Assembly (NCBI GenBank): GCA_044342325.1
Contig: JBIIPZ010000011.1
Coordinates: 12,253-76,252, forward strand
Source: Terrimicrobiaceae bacterium
GTDB lineage: Bacteria; Verrucomicrobiota; Verrucomicrobiia; Chthoniobacterales; Terrimicrobiaceae
Direction of reading: 5' to 3'
DNA: 64,000 nt
The translations under genes and the position numbers were made by a program. Numbering within the stretch: position 1 is the stretch's first letter; each line of letters opens with the position of its first letter. Below the pieces are notes generated by a model. That model saw nothing but the letters and a program-made list of their open reading frames with translations, was not told where the DNA came from and did not search any database. Positions 55,401 through 63,656 of the stretch are shown here, piece after piece.

Positions 55401-58400
55401 CAGAGCCAAGTTGACTGTGGTGGCATTGGCGGAATTGTTGGTGATGCCGCTGGTCAGGGTCATGGGTGTTGAGGCGTCCACTCCTGAGGCACCAGCAACT
55501 GCCGCAAGCGTGTAGCTTCCGGCAGTCGAATTGATGGTTATCGTGGTGAGCGAGGTGAGGTTGCCCGAGGCGATATTGTTCGTCGCTGTGCCACCTGCGG
55601 CGCCATCAAATACAATGGGAGAACCGGTGGTCGGCGTGCTGGAAAAACCAGTGGACCAGTTCCCGCTTGCGCCGCTCCAAGTCGAGGTTGAGGAGATAAC
55701 CGTGTAGGTGAGGCCAATGAATTTGCTGGTGGAGTTATTTGTAAACGCCCAGGTGCCTGTTCCAGAAAGGCTGCTGGACAAGTTAAACACGGAGGCATCC
55801 CACGCATTGGCCAGCGATCCGTAATTAATGATGTTCCATGTCTGCGTGCTGGATGGCGCCCAGCCGGTCGGCGTGCCTGTGATGGCGACGGTGAACTTGC
55901 TACCGGAAGTGGCATTGATGGTCAGGGCATTGGTGACACTCAAGAGGTCCCAGTTTGTGCCTGCTGTGCCACTGGTATTACCGAAGTCCCAAGTGTAAGT
56001 GCCGCCGCCGTTGAGAGTGAGCGAGCCGAGCGTAAGCGTGCCGGGTGTGGCTGCGGCGTTGCCTGCGCCGATAAAGCCGCCACTGTTGACGGTCACCGAT
56101 CCCAAAGAACCGGTTCCTATGAGCGTGGCGCCGGAGTTGACGGTCGTGGTGCTGGCTGTGCTTGATCCTGTGACGCTGAGAGTGCCGGCGTTGACCGTTG
56201 TGGCGCCGCCGAAGGTGTTGCCTGCATTGCTGAGCGTGAGCATGCCTGATCCGTTCTTGGTGAGCGTGCCGCCCGAGCTGGTGAGAGCGGAAGCGTAGGT
56301 GACATTGTTGGGGTTGGTATCAATGTTGTAGGCTTGGTTTGCAGCAGTGCTGAAGCGGCTGGAGAGGTCGGTCGTGATACCGCTGCCGTATTGCAGTGTG
56401 CCGCCGCCGAGGGTGATTGTGCCGCTGGTGCCGAGGGCGTTGGCATGGCCGATTTGCAGCGTGCCTGCCGAGAGCGTCGTGCCGCCGGAGTAGGTGTTGT
56501 TACCGGCCAAGGTTGCACTGCCACTGCTCAGCGTGAATGTCGCGCTGGAACCTGCGATCGTGCCTGCAGCGGTTTGATTGAAAGCGCCTCCATTCACCGT
56601 GACGCTTGAGTTGCTCAGGCCGCCGGAGAGCGTGAGCGTGCCGGCGCTGACGGTTGTGGCCCCGGTGTAGGTGTTTGAGGAGGAAATCGTCAGGTTGCCA
56701 CTACCGGCTTGAGTTAGGTTGCCGGTGCCGCTGATATTATTCGAGAAATCCGTGCCTTGCGTGATGTTTCCAGTGCGGTTGAAGACCAGAGTGCCGTTAT
56801 TTGTGATCGCACTGGAAGACGAGAGATTTCCGGTCGCACCGCCATTGCCGATTTGCAGAGTGCCGACATTGATTGTCGTCGCGCCGGTATAGGAGTTGGT
56901 GGCCGTCAAAGCCAATGTTCCGTTTCCGGTTTTTGTTAAACCACCACTCGCGCCAGACAATGCTCCGCTGAGAATCGCATCCACGCTGGCCGTTCCATCA
57001 TTCACCTGAACCGTGCGAATCTGAGAACCAAAATTGATCGGATTCACAAAAGTGAGGGTCTTGTCGGCATCGGCGGCCCCAAGGATGAAGAGTCCATTTG
57101 TATTGCCCGAGTTGACATACAGGAAGTCGCCGCTACCCCATGACACAGAGGATCCGTCATTGTTAAAGTTAACCGAACGGTCTGCCCCATAAGCGGCGAA
57201 GCCGCCATTAAAAATTCTGACATTTGCACTCGTTGTGCCTCTCGCGCGCGTAAAATCACCAGCGCCAAGACCAAGAACTCCACCATCGATATAAAGATTG
57301 GAAGTGCCGCCGGTCGCCTCAATACCGCCGGGCAATGCTGTGGCACTATTTAAACGCAAGACACCGGCATTGATGGTCGTGGTGCCAGTGTAGGTGTTGC
57401 TTCCAGCCAGTGTGAGCGTGCCGGTGCCGTTTTTGGTGAGCGTGCCGGTGCCGGTGGCGATGGCGTCGTTGATGGTGATGTTGCCGGCGCCGACGAAGGT
57501 TAGGTTTGTATTGCTTCCTGTGATGGAGCTTCCGCTGGATAGCGTGAGGGTTCCGGCGTCACTGCCAATGGTGGTGGCTCCGGCGAGAGTAATGACGCCG
57601 CCGTAAGAGTTCGCTCCTGAAATATTCCGCAGGGCGCCGGTGCTGGAAATGCCACTCCCTGTCACAGAAAGCGCTTCCGCGCCGATCGAGATGCCACCCG
57701 TTAGTTCCAAAGCAGCATTGTTTGATACTATGGTGCCGTTACCTGTTGTGCCGAGGGCGTTGGCATGGCTCGCGCGCACGACGCCGGCAGTGACGCTTGT
57801 ATTGCCGGTGTAGGTGTTGTTACCGGAGAGGATCAGCGTGCCTGTGCCGGCTTTGCTCAAGCCCGCAGTGTTTGTGACATTTCCTGAAAATGTCGTGTTG
57901 TTTGAAACCGTTATCGTTCTTGTTGTTGTGCCGAGATTTACAGCACCGCTGACCAAAATGTCATTGGTATTGGTTGCACTGCCCAGGTTGCCTGCAAAAC
58001 TCGAGAAATCGAGTCCACCTCTAATTTGAACCCCCGAGACTGATGCGGAAAGGGTGCTGGCTCCACCAAACTGCACCGAGGCATTTCCGGCGGCACCCGC
58101 ATTGGCCAAGACCGTTTCACCGCCACGAACATCCAAGATTCCTGCCGTCCATGTGGAAGTGTTGTTACCGCTCAAAGTCCATGTGCCGGTCCCCCGTTTA
58201 TAGATGATCGAGCTGGAATTCGCCATACTGACAGCACCCGAAAAAGTGGTGTTAGTGTTGTCATAGCCTGTGTTGAAGCGGTTGAATTGACCTGAGGTCC
58301 CAATCTGTAGTGTTCCGCTACCAGCGACAGAGCCGATGGAGGAATAGACTGAACCACTGAAATTGGCATTCAAAGTGGCTCCAGCGGCAATCGTGAATGC

Positions 58401-58961
58401 GGAACTGTTGGCGGCGGTGTTGTTGTAAGCAGAGCCCGTGAGGTTGAGGATACCGGCATTCACTATTGCGGCGCCGGTAAAAGTGTTAGCTCCCGTAAGG
58501 TCGAGCGTTCCCGTCCCGTTTTTTGTCAGGCCTGCAGATCCAGCCAGCGTGCTGTTGATAGTTAATGTGCGGCTGGGGTTGACGGTGATGGAGGGAGCTG
58601 CCCCGGCCAGGGTGATTGTGCCGCTGTTTATCGCAAAACTTCCAGATGCGGCCGTGTAGCTGATGCCGTTGACAAAAACCGTCCCGCTGACAGTGGCACT
58701 GCCCGATGTAGCGGTGAAGTTCGCTGTGTTTGATGTGCCGTTTGTGGAATCCCACGGCGTTCCGGATACGCCGGTCCAGTTGGTGGCGGAGGTGTCCCAT
58801 GTGCCGCTGGTGGCGCTCCATGTGCCATCAGCCCCTAGAGCGTTTTTTTTAAAAATCGAAGATAACAAAAAAACGCCGAGTAACAAAACCCGCGCGGCTT
58901 TTGTGGCGCCAAACTTGAGACTCTCCAGAGATTGAAGAGGATTTCCGTAGGGAGATTTCAT
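52440..58961 (-). CDS. Large secreted autotransporter-associated beta-strand-repeat protein with PEP-CTERM-type sorting signal
   Basis: 2173 aa, G/T/S/N/A-rich; many LTKxGxGTLxLxGxNTYTGxTxxxxG repeats; N-terminal signal; C-terminal VPET-TM-RRR. Confidence 0.92.
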   Translation of the reverse strand: MKSPYGNPLQSLESLKFGATKAARVLLLGVFLLSSIFKKNALGADGTWSATSGTWDTSATNWTGVSGTPWDSTNGTSNTANFTATSGSATVSGTVFVNGISYTAASGSFAINSGTITLAGAAPSITVNPSRTLTINSTLAGSAGLTKNGTGTLDLTGANTFTGAAIVNAGILNLTGSAYNNTAANSSAFTIAAGATLNANFSGSVYSSIGSVAGSGTLQIGTSGQFNRFNTGYDNTNTTFSGAVSMANSSSIIYKRGTGTWTLSGNNTSTWTAGILDVRGGETVLANAGAAGNASVQFGGASTLSASVSGVQIRGGLDFSSFAGNLGSATNTNDILVSGAVNLGTTTRTITVSNNTTFSGNVTNTAGLSKAGTGTLILSGNNTYTGNTSVTAGVVRASHANALGTTGNGTIVSNNAALELTGGISIGAEALSVTGSGISSTGALRNISGANSYGGVITLAGATTIGSDAGTLTLSSGSSITGSNTNLTFVGAGNITINDAIATGTGTLTKNGTGTLTLAGSNTYTGTTTINAGVLRLNSATALPGGIEATGGTSNLYIDGGVLGLGAGDFTRARGTTSANVRIFNGGFAAYGADRSVNFNNDGSSVSWGSGDFLYVNSGNTNGLFILGAADADKTLTFVNPINFGSQIRTVQVNDGTASVDAILSGALSGASGGLTKTGNGTLALTATNSYTGATTINVGTLQIGNGGATGNLSSSSAITNNGTLVFNRTGNITQGTDFSNNISGTGNLTQAGSGNLTISSSNTYTGATTVSAGTLTLSGGLSNSSVTVNGGAFNQTAAGTIAGSSATFTLSSGSATLAGNNTYSGGTTLSAGTLQIGHANALGTSGTITLGGGTLQYGSGITTDLSSRFSTAANQAYNIDTNPNNVTYASALTSSGGTLTKNGSGMLTLSNAGNTFGGATTVNAGTLSVTGSSTASTTTVNSGATLIGTGSLGSVTVNSGGFIGAGNAAATPGTLTLGSLTLNGGGTYTWDFGNTSGTAGTNWDLLSVTNALTINATSGSKFTVAITGTPTGWAPSSTQTWNIINYGSLANAWDASVFNLSSSLSGTGTWAFTNNSTSKFIGLTYTVISSTSTWSGASGNWSTGFSSTPTTGSPIVFDGAAGGTATNNIASGNLTSLTTITINSTAGSYTLAAVAGASGVDASTPMTLTSGITNNSANATTVNLALAVAASPVSINAAAGNINLGGPVSNSNTITFSGANSTTVSGAISGAGAITQNGTGTLTLSATNTYTGDTTIGAGSLQITGSGSLGTGASYSGNISNSGTFSLNTTTDQTLAGILSGNGALVKSNTNTVILSGANTFTGNTTINAGTLRVNGTGTLGNATYAGTIANNGTLFFNTSTNQTLSGAISGSGALTQNGTSALTLNGSASSYTGATTVNSGTLIVVNNAYSNTTTSSSAITIASGATLNASQTGVFTYSNFGALNGAGTLIIGTAAQLNRFSIGYDNASSTFSGLISMVKSDSVLNKYGTGTLTLSGNNSISNGSLNMRAGELVFANAAAPGSMKVDFASGGTISASVTGVDIKGGMSFSGANGNLGSSTNTSDLLVSGAVDLGTTTRTITVSNNTTFSGNVTNTAGLTKAGTGTLILSGNNTYAGTTTVSTGVLRASHANALGTTGNGTTVSSGAALELSGGISIGAETLSLTGNGISSTGALRNISGNNAYAGAISLAGATTIGSDAGNLTLSSGSSITGTNTNLTIVGAGNITINDAIATGTGTLTKNGTGTLTLGGSNSYTGATTLNTGNISFSTTAALVNSSSLSMANATSLIYTGGSGSLDRAITITSGTGTIRNSGTGLLTLSGALTKNSTTLTLQGGANGITVSGVISGSSANSDLVIDGGTTTLTNANNTYNGPTFIINSGTLNANTAGALPTSTLSAVTINGSSTLALGASQSVASLSGTSGSSVNLNANTLTINGSATTTYSGGISGTGNLVKNGSGTQTLAGATTFNGTTTVNSGTLQASTANALANTSQVVLNNGGSFLVTAENTVNDDAAIHLNGGRMAMSGNFNETVGALTLSANSTLDFSGFVGTLRFGSIASWAAGANLAIWNWSGRTEYGTNYGTYPNSSNLVFTNNSTLSSNLANISFYSDSGTTSIGSGFERGFSGGGTEIIAVPETETYFYAVALLAGVVVQYLRRRAKLREGHRPAWPKL

Positions 58962-59264
58962 TTCGTAGTGGGGTTTTTGCAGGGGTTACGAGTAAAAACA
59001 AATTTGTTTTTTTTGTTAGATTTGGTGCAAATAAATTAGACATGCTTTTGGTTCCGTCAATATTTTTTTGGAAACTTTTTGAGAAAATTACAGGGCTGGA
59101 ATGCAAATCAAACGGAGGATCGAAAGCTATTAAGAATAGTTTTGCAAATTAATGAACTCCATACTCAAGATATGGCTTTCTAGGTTGAAAAAGTTTGTCA
59201 TCACGGAGACCTTGGATAGAATATTTCTTGCCCGCATTGCTTGAGTTTGTAATAATTGTTATTT

Positions 59265-59909
59265 ATGAGAAGGTATCGCTACCCCCTTTCGGCATTCACA
59301 TTGGTTGAACTTTTGGTCGTCATAGCCATCATCGCCTTGCTAGCCGCACTGGCGATACCAGCGATCGGAGGGGGAATCAAACGCAGTAACGCCTCGAAGT
59401 GCATGGCGAATCTCAAGCAGATCGGCGTGGCGTATCGCAATTATGCGCAAGACAACAATAACCGCCTGATACCTTCAACGGCCTCTGGCGGAGGCCCCTC
59501 TTGGGGCCAAGCATTGATACAGAGCATCCAGAGTAGCCCTACAGGATGGGGCAGTAATGCTTTACTCAAATGCCCCAGTGACAGCAGACCAATCGAGGCA
59601 TACTACAGGAGCTACGGACAGAATATCAGTTTATCGCCTAATACAACTGCCGAATCCGCTCCCGTCTTGAGCACTTTACCGGAGCAATCCAAGACATTTC
59701 TCGTTATGGACGTAGTTAAAAGCCCTGCTGCACATCCATCTTGGGGAGGCAATTACAACCCCACCAACCGTCATGGAACGAAATGCAATGTGCTGTTTGT
59801 GGACGGCCATGTGGAGGCGCTGACTGTGGCCACGATCACGAATGCTCTCATCACCCCCAACTCGCTTCCTACCCCTGAAACAACCACCAACGCCTACCGT
59901 TGGAAGTAG
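59265..59909 (+). CDS. Prepilin-type N-methylation protein with H-X9-DG domain (pseudopilin-like)
   Basis: AFTLVELLVVIAIIALLAAL, C..NLKQIG, CPSD, RHGTKCNVLFVDGHVE. Confidence 0.92.
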   Translation: MRRYRYPLSAFTLVELLVVIAIIALLAALAIPAIGGGIKRSNASKCMANLKQIGVAYRNYAQDNNNRLIPSTASGGGPSWGQALIQSIQSSPTGWGSNALLKCPSDSRPIEAYYRSYGQNISLSPNTTAESAPVLSTLPEQSKTFLVMDVVKSPAAHPSWGGNYNPTNRHGTKCNVLFVDGHVEALTVATITNALITPNSLPTPETTTNAYRWK

Positions 59910-60068
59910 CAATATCGAAAAGTTAGCAGTCCACTTGCTTGAACAAGCGAGGGCGGCGCGTGCCCGCTAAGGAGCGACGGCGCTATAGAAGCGAGTATGG
60001 CCATGAATCGGCTTTGCATGTGGAATGCGAGGTTTTGTTATCGATGAGGTTGCGGCGCGGGTGTCCTT

Positions 60069-60092
60069 CACAGCAGAGACGGCTGTGCTCCC
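60069..60092 (-). repeat. REP-like hairpin of a third type
   Basis: rc GGGAGCACAGCCGTCTCTGCTGTG: GGAG followed by a CACAGC/GCTGTG stem. Confidence 0.5.
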
Positions 60093-60098
60093 CTATTG

Positions 60099-60199
60099 CG
60101 CGCTGCCGTGCGATTGCTGTGGCGGCGTCTCTGTGAGCGGCGGGTGGACTCCGATTCGGCAGTCATAAACAGCCGCTACAGAACCCGCGCGGCAGCGCG
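60099..60199. repeat. REPIN-like nested palindrome, copy 1 (GTAG/GTGG REP doublet)
   Basis: cgcgctgccg..gtggcggcgtctctgtgagcggcg...cggcagtcataaacagccgctac..cggcagcgcg; 4 mismatches over 97 bp to 63560-63656. Confidence 0.9.
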
Positions 60200-60207
60200 T
60201 TTCGTTG

Positions 60208-61410
60208 ATAGAGGTAGGAACGGGACATTGGTTTGCCCCGCTCCCCCCTCCGAACCGGACTGGCGGATCTCCCGCATCCGGCTCTCCAGTTAGTGGTTTG
60301 CTCCATGACGGAGACTGATGATTTCCGTGACTTTGGCTTCCAGCAGGCAAAAGAGCCCCAGTTTGGTGAAGTAGCGGTTGGGCCAGCGTTGGTGGTCTCT
60401 GCCGCGTCCTCGGCCTTTGCAGCCGCGTCGCTTTCTCAGGATGGATCGCAATCTCATGCGTATCCATCCGTCAATGCCTCCCAGTTCGTTGTCCTTGGCG
60501 TGTTTGAAGTAGCCATACCAGCTTGCAAGCGTCCGGTTGATGTCCGCCACGATGGCTTCCATGCTCTTTCCGTCGGTCCGCCGCGTCCGGGGTTTGATAG
60601 ATTCGCGCAACTTGCTCATGCTTTTGGGCCGAACCAATCTCATCAGACTTCCCCGCCGGCTTCTTTTGAACCGGTAACCGAGGAAGTCAAAATGACTCTC
60701 GGCCTTGTTCATGTCCACCGTGCGGGTCTTCTCTGGATGCAAGGTCAGCCCGGCTTCTGTCATCCACTCCCGTAGCTTTTCCAGCGCGGCCACGGCTTCT
60801 TCCTGACTGCGGCATAACACGACCATGTCGTCGGCATATCGCACCATTTCAAAGCCAAGTCCGGCCATCAGCCAGTCCAACGGATTGAGGTATATGTTCG
60901 CCAGTAGCGGGCTTATGACTCCGCCTTGTGGCGTCCCGTCTTTGGCTTCCTGCCAGTTTGCTCCTTCAATGACTCCTTGTTTCAGGAACCCTTCGATCAA
61001 TCCCAACACCCTCCCGTCGGCAATGTGCTCGCGCACCAGTGCCATCAGTCTTTGGTGAGGTATCGCATCGAAGTATCCCTTGATGTCCACATCCACGACA
61101 TGCCTATGCCCTGCCTCAAGCAGTGCATCCACTCGCCGCAGTGCCTCTTTGCAACCACATCCGGGGCGGAACCCGTAGCTGTGCTCGGCGAAGCGGTTTT
61201 CGAATATGGGCTCTATGGCTATTCTCACCGCTGCCTGCACCACGCGGTCGACAACCGTGGGTATCCCCAGCGGCCGCTTTTCCACGCTGCCAGGTTTATC
61301 GATCCACACCCGTTTTACCGGCTTGGGTTGATAGTCGCCTCGCTTGAGTTGCTCTCTCACGGCGAGCAGCCGAATTTGGCTGTCTTTGTCGAAGCGCTCT
61401 ATCGTGATGC
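60208..61410 (-). mobile_element. 5'-truncated group II intron (RT/maturase ORF plus domains V-VI)
   Basis: Domain V GAGCCGGATGCGGGAGATCCGCCAGTCCGGTTC (60284-60252), domain VI ending ...CCTACCTCTAT at 60208; upstream RNA domains and RT N-terminus absent. Confidence 0.9.
60290..61410 (-). pseudogene. ltrA: Group II intron reverse transcriptase/maturase, N-terminally truncated, no endonuclease domain
   Basis: RPLGIPTVVDR, SYGFRPG, DIKGYFD, GTPQGGVISPLLANIYL, RYADD, HPEKT, FDFLGY; homology starts at ITIERF inside RT0; the ORF-track start at 61510 is non-homologous sequence. Confidence 0.88.
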
Positions 61411-61940
61411 TGTTGCCGAGCACGATAATCGAGGGGGATTTCGCCAAGATAATCTGCGGGATTTGGCGCTGCTTTTTCGCACTTTGAGCGGGAATTTTCA
61501 AATTCCTCATGTGGTTGCCTCATTTTTTCGATCTCACGCAGGCCCGTCACATTAGTAACGAGACTTGCTTCACGATGACATTCCGATGTGCGCAGGCGGG
61601 AAAATCTGCCTGAGAAGAGGGCGGAGTGGCTCAGGGCTTCAAAGGGCGCTTTTCGAATAAAAAAAATCTTTCGCTTTATGAACGTGCCCCGTTTCAACCT
61701 GGCAACATGGAAATCACTTTTGCTTTTCTAAAACGGGCACTTTGGCCCTCTCACAATTTGACTGATACATGAGGCTCTTTGGTGGCTTAGTTGCCTGAAT
61801 AAGCCGATCTGATGGGGGCTATGCGCCCCCAAACCCCGCACCGCTCGCCGCGGCAGGCGTTCGGGGGGGACGGGTGAAAACGCTCTCCTTAGAACAAATA
61901 GATGCAGCCCAAACCGGATTCTCATTTCGTTTCGATAACA
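61411..61940. mobile_element. Possible IS terminal-repeat remnants (TG...CA ends, IS21-like) without transposase
   Basis: TGTTGCCGAGCACGATAATC at 61411; inverted ...CCTGGCAACA ending 61707 and ...TTTCGATAACA ending 61940; GGGGGC/GCCCCC hairpin ~61814-61830. Confidence 0.35.
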
Positions 61941-62124
61941 GCGGGGCTTTCAAATTGCCACCGGTTCGCGTTCCAAGTTTCCCGATTTTATTGTGAAATC
62001 TAACTCCCCCGATTTCACGTGATTATCGTGACGCGTAACAGCAGTTGCCTCCGGCTCCTCTCCCGTTGCTCGTCTCGGGATGACTCAGACTTTCACTGGT
62101 TGATTTCATATATGTGCATTCGCA

Positions 62125-62393
62125 CGAGGGGCAACCTCCGGCTTGACCCATTTTTCAGCTGCCCTACGGGTCGGAGAGAAGCGGCGCGGGGGGCGGCGTT
62201 CTCGTATTCCCTGGGTATGACCGCCAAGCCCTTGGCATCGCAAACTTCAGCTGCGTAGCGGCGTCTCAGGGGGAGCAATCTTGGCTGCGCAGGCGATAGG
62301 CGTGGCTTGAGCGGTTTTGGAGCAGAAGGTGTCTGGCAGTGATTTTGCGCCTTTCGAGCCTAATATTTGGGCCATGCGGGACGACGGCCCTCC
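62125..62393. repeat. Inward-facing pair of GGAG REP-like elements
   Basis: CGAGGGGCAACCTCCGGCTTGACCCA (62125-62150, +) and rc GGAGGGCCGTCGTCCCGCATGGCCCA (62368-62393, -). Confidence 0.7.
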
Positions 62394-62437
62394 AAGGGTT
62401 GGCGCGCTACCGCGCGGGTCTGCCGGGCAGCGTAGAC

Positions 62438-63433
62438 TTAGAGTTCGGCAGCGAAGGATTCGAGGTCGGCGCTGGTGATGGCGGCCCTGAGAAGGTGCGT
62501 GAGTTTTTTGGTGTCGATGATTGTCTCGATTTCCTCACGCAGACCCTCTGGCACTCGCTGGAAGCGGATTTCCAACGCTTCGAGAATGGCTTGTTGCTGG
62601 GAGAAAATCAGACCTTCCCGACGACCTTCTTTACGACCCTGTTGACGACCTTTGCGGATGCCTTCTTGGCGGAATTGTTCGGCGAGTGACATGGCGTTTT
62701 TACTGAGTTTCGGGTTGCGTAGTGTTTTTAGTTTCCTGCGAAAGGCAGGTTTGTCAAGGTCTCGGTCCAGGATGTAGCGCATCAGCATCTCGAAGGAGGC
62801 CGATGGCAACTGGATCAGCAACGATTCGTCCCAGACCGTGTCGTCCAGCAGGGCTTGGAGCTTTTCGGCTTTGAGTGCTCGCAGCGTGAGGATGCCCATC
62901 GGCGTGCCGAGGATTTTATCATACGGCATGCGGAACAACTCCACGAGCTGGAATTCGAAGTCGGGAATGTGTTTTTTCATCTCCCCTGCCCCTTCGGGAA
63001 TGTCGATGAGGTCGGCGAAGCGGGTGGAGCTTTTCCAGGGTTTGTTGTCCTGCGCGAGGACGAGAGGGAGGATGGGCGGGAGTTTCGTGGCGCCGGGATT
63101 GTTGCGAAGATAGTCGTTCCAGATGCGGACCATGTAGGTGAGCAGGCGCAGACCGATGAGCGGGTCTTCCTGATTTTGATGCTCAAAGAGGATGTAGAAA
63201 AAGGCGGGCTGGCCGTCGATTTTCGCTGTGAAGAGGAGGTCGCTCGAGGTGGCGGCGAATTCGGGATCGATGAAACTGCCGCTCACAAGGGCCAGCGTGT
63301 TCCAATCAATGCGGCGCGTGAGTTTGCGCGGGAGATTGGCTTCCAGAAAAGCGCGGGCGTTGTCGGGGTCCGAGAAAGTTGATTTGACGAGCTTATCGTG
63401 CGGTTGGTGGAGAGGACTCTCGGGCTGGGACAT
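62438..63433 (-). CDS. Rpn/YhgA-like recombination-promoting nuclease (PD-(D/E)XK, Transposase_31)
   Basis: HDKLVK..F, SFID, SDLLF, YILFEHQ, RLLTYM..IW, LPPILPLV; C-terminal EG/KG/QG repeats; start trimmed to MSQPES. Confidence 0.9.
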   Translation of the reverse strand: MSQPESPLHQPHDKLVKSTFSDPDNARAFLEANLPRKLTRRIDWNTLALVSGSFIDPEFAATSSDLLFTAKIDGQPAFFYILFEHQNQEDPLIGLRLLTYMVRIWNDYLRNNPGATKLPPILPLVLAQDNKPWKSSTRFADLIDIPEGAGEMKKHIPDFEFQLVELFRMPYDKILGTPMGILTLRALKAEKLQALLDDTVWDESLLIQLPSASFEMLMRYILDRDLDKPAFRRKLKTLRNPKLSKNAMSLAEQFRQEGIRKGRQQGRKEGRREGLIFSQQQAILEALEIRFQRVPEGLREEIETIIDTKKLTHLLRAAITSADLESFAAEL

Positions 63434-63559
63434 GGACGAGAGCGTCGGGAACGGCATGCGCAGGGTCAACGGGAGGAATGTGACGATTTTGTAAAAATGC
63501 GGAGGGAGCAGAGGTTCGACAGAATGATGGATGAGAGAATCATTTTTTTGGGCAGGGGA

Positions 63560-63656
63560 CGCGCTGCCGCGCGATTGCGGTGGCGGCGTCTCTGTGAGCG
63601 GCGGGTGGACTCCGATTCGGCAGTCATAGACAGCCGCTACAGAACCCGTGCGGCAG
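63560..63656. repeat. REPIN-like nested palindrome, copy 2
   Basis: Direct repeat of 60099-60195 (offset 3461 bp). Confidence 0.9.

Noticed and set aside
53690..61410. Diversity-generating retroelement (RT near a gene with internal repeats)
   Set aside because: The RT is group II intron type (PQGG, YADD, domains V/VI attached); repeat differences are mostly synonymous, not adenine-specific; no avd or TR/VR pair
60290..61700. Retron or other defence-type RT
   Set aside because: No VTG motif in region 7 and no msr-msd inverted repeats; maturase X domain and intron 3' structure are present
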